Part shown: positions 61,310 to 64,000 of the stretch, in pieces
Position numbering within the stretch: the first letter of the stretch is position 1
Layout of the letters: every line of letters begins with the position of its first letter
From: a virus
Lineage: Duplodnaviria > Heunggongvirae > Uroviricota > Caudoviricetes
DNA: 64,000 nucleotides
IMG/VR virus record: IMGVR_UViG_3300048850_000049
Location: 55,864 to 119,863 of that record
Direction: 5' to 3' (one strand)
Translations under genes and position numbers: made by a program
The notes under the pieces: generated by a model
Databases searched by the model: none
Told to the model about the DNA's origin: nothing
The model's input: only the letters and a program-made list of their open reading frames with translations

Positions 61310-61665
61310 ACGCCTATGTGATCCTCACCACGAACGGCGACGACACCTTCATGACGATCGTCAATCAGAAGACCTGGGATTGGTTTCAGAAGCGCATCAA
61401 TGACCCTCATCTGGTTACGGAAGATCCGCCTGAGGCCCAGATCGTCGGCTGCATGGAAGCTAACGAATGCACACGGCTTGAGGCGCTGAGTTACCTCAAA
61501 GGTAATCCCGACAGCCGATCGCATGACAACGACATTGCCCTGATGCTCGTCGGTGACGAGTTCAACGGCGAACACTTCACCGAAGGCAGTCTGCCGGCGC
61601 TGTTCGCATTTCTCTCCCAGCGCGGCATCACCCTGGCCGACCAATACATAGGAATGGTTTACTGA
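61306..61665 (+). CDS. Hypothetical protein
   Basis: Coupled ORF. Confidence 0.4.
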   Translation: MNAYVILTTNGDDTFMTIVNQKTWDWFQKRINDPHLVTEDPPEAQIVGCMEANECTRLEALSYLKGNPDSRSHDNDIALMLVGDEFNGEHFTEGSLPALFAFLSQRGITLADQYIGMVY

Positions 61666-61970
61666 TGAAGATCTACCTCGCAGCCGTTCACCACAAGCAT
61701 GGTGTCAATCTCTACGCCGGCGCCTCGAAGGATGAGCTCCTTGGCAAGCTCGCCGGCTATGTCCGCGAACAAGGCGGCCCGGAAGAGTGGTGCGGATCCT
61801 ACGCACCGGTCAGTCAGGCAGCAATTGACGCCATGCCTGATGAGGATCTGGTCGAGAATTACTTCCAGGATCATCCGTCAGAGTATGTGACGGAGGATTC
61901 GGATGAGATCAGCGAGTCCGTCTGGTTTGTGAGCATGGGGAATCCTGAGCCTAGAAAGGCACCGTTATGA
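61665..61970 (+). CDS. Hypothetical protein
   Basis: Coupled ORF. Confidence 0.4.
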   Translation: MKIYLAAVHHKHGVNLYAGASKDELLGKLAGYVREQGGPEEWCGSYAPVSQAAIDAMPDEDLVENYFQDHPSEYVTEDSDEISESVWFVSMGNPEPRKAPL

Positions 61971-62518
61971 CCGAGGTTCCGTTTGTTCATGCAGAGCCTT
62001 TCCAGAGCCATCGTGCGGCTATGTCCTTCATCACTGCCAACTACCCGCCCAACACGGTGACGCTTGAACCCGTTCAGAGCGGCGATAACGTCAATTGGCG
62101 CATTGTGCCATTGGGCGAAACCCCTCCCCTGCTAGATTGGACGAAGACCGAGGAGCTCACCTTCTCTTCTAAGGACTTGCACAACATGCAGCGCCATCTG
62201 GCAAGGGCGCCGGATCCCGCTGAGGCGTTGAAGCAGCTCATGGCAGAGAAGATCGATGAGAAGGCGGTCCAGGAAGCTCAGCGCCGCATGGAGCGCATGA
62301 CTAAGGATGCTGCGCGTATCAGCGCCACTGACCGCTGGTGGGACAAGCGCCAGCTGTTTGTGAAGTCTCAGCCCTGGATCACGGAAAGCACGGGACAGAT
62401 GCGCTCGGGCGTCATCGCACCACACGACATTCTGACGGTCGCGGTAAATGGAAATGGACTGACCCTCGAGAAGTTCGACACGATCGAGGATCTGGTCAAG
62501 ATTTGGAGCGTGGACTGA
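61967..62518 (+). CDS. Hypothetical protein
   Basis: Coupled ORF. Confidence 0.4.
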   Translation: MTEVPFVHAEPFQSHRAAMSFITANYPPNTVTLEPVQSGDNVNWRIVPLGETPPLLDWTKTEELTFSSKDLHNMQRHLARAPDPAEALKQLMAEKIDEKAVQEAQRRMERMTKDAARISATDRWWDKRQLFVKSQPWITESTGQMRSGVIAPHDILTVAVNGNGLTLEKFDTIEDLVKIWSVD

Positions 62519-62781
62519 TGAACCTGAATGGACACAAGGAATGGCGCAACAAGGTGATCGATCATTATGGCTCGATCGACGCCTTTGAGGATGCGCGCAC
62601 CATCCGCACCATGCTCCGGTTTCTTCATGAGAAATCCTTTGAGGATGAGCGGATCGCCAGCGAAGCGACCCCTGCTGGGCTCAAGATGTGGCGCGAAGCA
62701 TTTGCCGAGGAACGCGCCGAGATCGTCACCTATAAGAAGGAGCTCGAGGATTGGCTTACGAAGCGGGGCTTGGCGCTCTAA
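62518..62781 (+). CDS. Hypothetical protein (last gene of the + strand run)
   Basis: TGATG coupling; a hairpin follows. Confidence 0.4.
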   Translation: MNLNGHKEWRNKVIDHYGSIDAFEDARTIRTMLRFLHEKSFEDERIASEATPAGLKMWREAFAEERAEIVTYKKELEDWLTKRGLAL

Positions 62782-62802
62782 GTGATTCGTAATTCGAAGT
62801 GA

Positions 62803-62822
62803 TTAGGGCGCTACAGCCCTAA
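62803..62822 (+). terminator. Hairpin TTAGGGC-GCTACA-GCCCTAA after the last + strand gene
   Basis: Weak T content downstream. Confidence 0.3.
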
Positions 62823-63114
62823 GTTTGGCCTCTGTCGTGCCCTCTTTTGGTCATTTTTCCTCCACGTTGCATTTGCGCAACAACGGCTTGTTTCGGGCCA
62901 AAACTGACCATTTTTGCCGCTTTTTGAACCAGATGCGTTCCAAAGATACCTATTCGGAAGCCCAAGGCTGCCCGAATCAGGAGTTTTCTAAAATCCTTCG
63001 TTGATCTCTCGTTAATGCCCCTCATCCAAACGTGTTGCACGATCTCGAAGCTTCGGCGAATTTCCGTATTGGTAAGAATTCGACCTGGGGAAGGTCACAC
63101 GAGCGGGAGGGCAA

Positions 63115-64000
63115 ATGCCTAAGTCAATTACATCAATCGTCGGTAGTGCGCTGCTAATCACCAGCATCGCCACGTCTGCACAGGCCGGTGGCCTCGAGCG
63201 CAATGGCTATAACTGGGACCTGCTCTTCGATCAGGAACGCTTCGCTTCGGAAGCCGGCGTCATCTACGTCATGCCGGATCGCAGAATAAAGAATGCCGAG
63301 GACACAAATCCAGCCAATGGTTTGGGGTCCGATGGTATTAATGGCGGAGCTCGCTCCGTAGACGAGACGCCTAATTACACTGTGCCGCGCTTCGGTGCGA
63401 AGGTCGGTCTCACTCCTGAAGCCGACTGCCTGGCGACCTACAGCCAGCCATGGGGCGTTCATACCAATCCCGGCTATGATTGGGTTGGCGCGAACGAAAA
63501 CATCGAAACCAAGATCAAGAGCGACGATTACGGACTGACCTGCTCCTACAAGTTCGACATGACCAAGGGCTATGTTCGTGCCATCGGCGGTGTCTCTTAT
63601 CAGGAAGTCTCAGGCTACAAGCGTCGACTCGTCAATGGCCTGCTCGCACAGACGCCGTTTGCCGGATTGGGCTTTGACGGAACCGGACTTCTCGACCTCG
63701 AGGCGGATGGTTGGGGCTGGCGCGTTGGTGCTTCCTACGAAATCCCTGAAATCGCGTTCCGCGCAAGTCTTATCTACAACGCGGAAGTCGATCTCGGGCA
63801 GATCAACGGCACGGTCGACCTGACGGAAATACCGGCCATCCTGGCAGGCCCGACCGGCAATCCATTCGTGGGCCAGGTAACCGACGTTTACGGCACCGCG
63901 ACTATGCCTCAGTCCGTGGAATTCAAGTGGCAGACGGGTATTGCTCCTGATTGGCTGGCATTCGGAACGGTGAAGTGGGTCGACTGGAGCGTTCTCCAGG
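63115..64000 (+). CDS. FadL/OmpP1/TodX-family outer-membrane protein (5' partial; continues past the window)
   Basis: Signal peptide ..SIATSAQA then GGLERNGYNWDLLF, typical of the FadL family; RBS GGGAGGG; about 330 bp non-coding region upstream. Confidence 0.55.
   Translation, partial: MPKSITSIVGSALLITSIATSAQAGGLERNGYNWDLLFDQERFASEAGVIYVMPDRRIKNAEDTNPANGLGSDGINGGARSVDETPNYTVPRFGAKVGLTPEADCLATYSQPWGVHTNPGYDWVGANENIETKIKSDDYGLTCSYKFDMTKGYVRAIGGVSYQEVSGYKRRLVNGLLAQTPFAGLGFDGTGLLDLEADGWGWRVGASYEIPEIAFRASLIYNAEVDLGQINGTVDLTEIPAILAGPTGNPFVGQVTDVYGTATMPQSVEFKWQTGIAPDWLAFGTVKWVDWSVLQ

Noticed and set aside
62782-63114. attR, integrase or tRNA integration site at the right boundary
   Set aside because: No recombinase gene, no tRNA 3' fragment and no recognisable direct repeat in the window. 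The boundary idea is kept only as a low-confidence finding.

Overview
This 64-kb window reads as part of a large, high-GC (about 58-60% by eye) bacteriophage or prophage genome from an alphaproteobacterial (Rhizobiales-like) host. Almost every gene is on the + strand and tightly packed, with frequent ATGA/TAATG start-stop overlaps. The window holds replication, recombination and nucleotide-metabolism genes and no capsid, tail or terminase genes, so the full genome must be much larger.

Recognisable genes:
- **Replication and recombination:** a DnaG-like primase; an ATP-dependent DNA ligase; a CobT-like vWA protein paired with a CobS-like AAA+ ATPase; a sigma-70-family protein; a compact DnaE fused to a degenerate family-4 UDG-like domain; a gp32-like SSB; a FEN-type 5'-3' exonuclease; RecA; SbcD/SbcC; RuvC; a DnaQ-like exonuclease; an HNH endonuclease.
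- **Nucleotide metabolism:** class I RNR alpha and beta with a glutaredoxin; a divergent ThyX-like protein; dUTPase; a P-loop kinase; an HD (YfbR-like) nucleotidase.
- **Other:** an Rnl2-like RNA ligase; a GHKL ATPase followed by a LuxR-HTH protein; a NadM-Nudix plus NadV NAD+ salvage pair; an SPFH module; a SpoT-like (p)ppGpp hydrolase.

The most striking non-coding signal is a bipartite promoter (CYGCCGCAYYCCAAC, 7-9 nt, CGCTATAAC) usually followed by a TAAGTAAG..CTTACTTA palindrome. It occurs at least 25 times, always on the + strand. The window also contains three tRNA-like elements, three AT-rich accessory islands (about 4.07-4.87 kb, 6.33-8.52 kb and 54.1-56.1 kb), recurrent short C-terminal peptide motifs shared by unrelated small proteins, and a partial FadL-like outer-membrane gene at the right edge. 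That last gene could mark a host junction, but no integrase or att site is visible.
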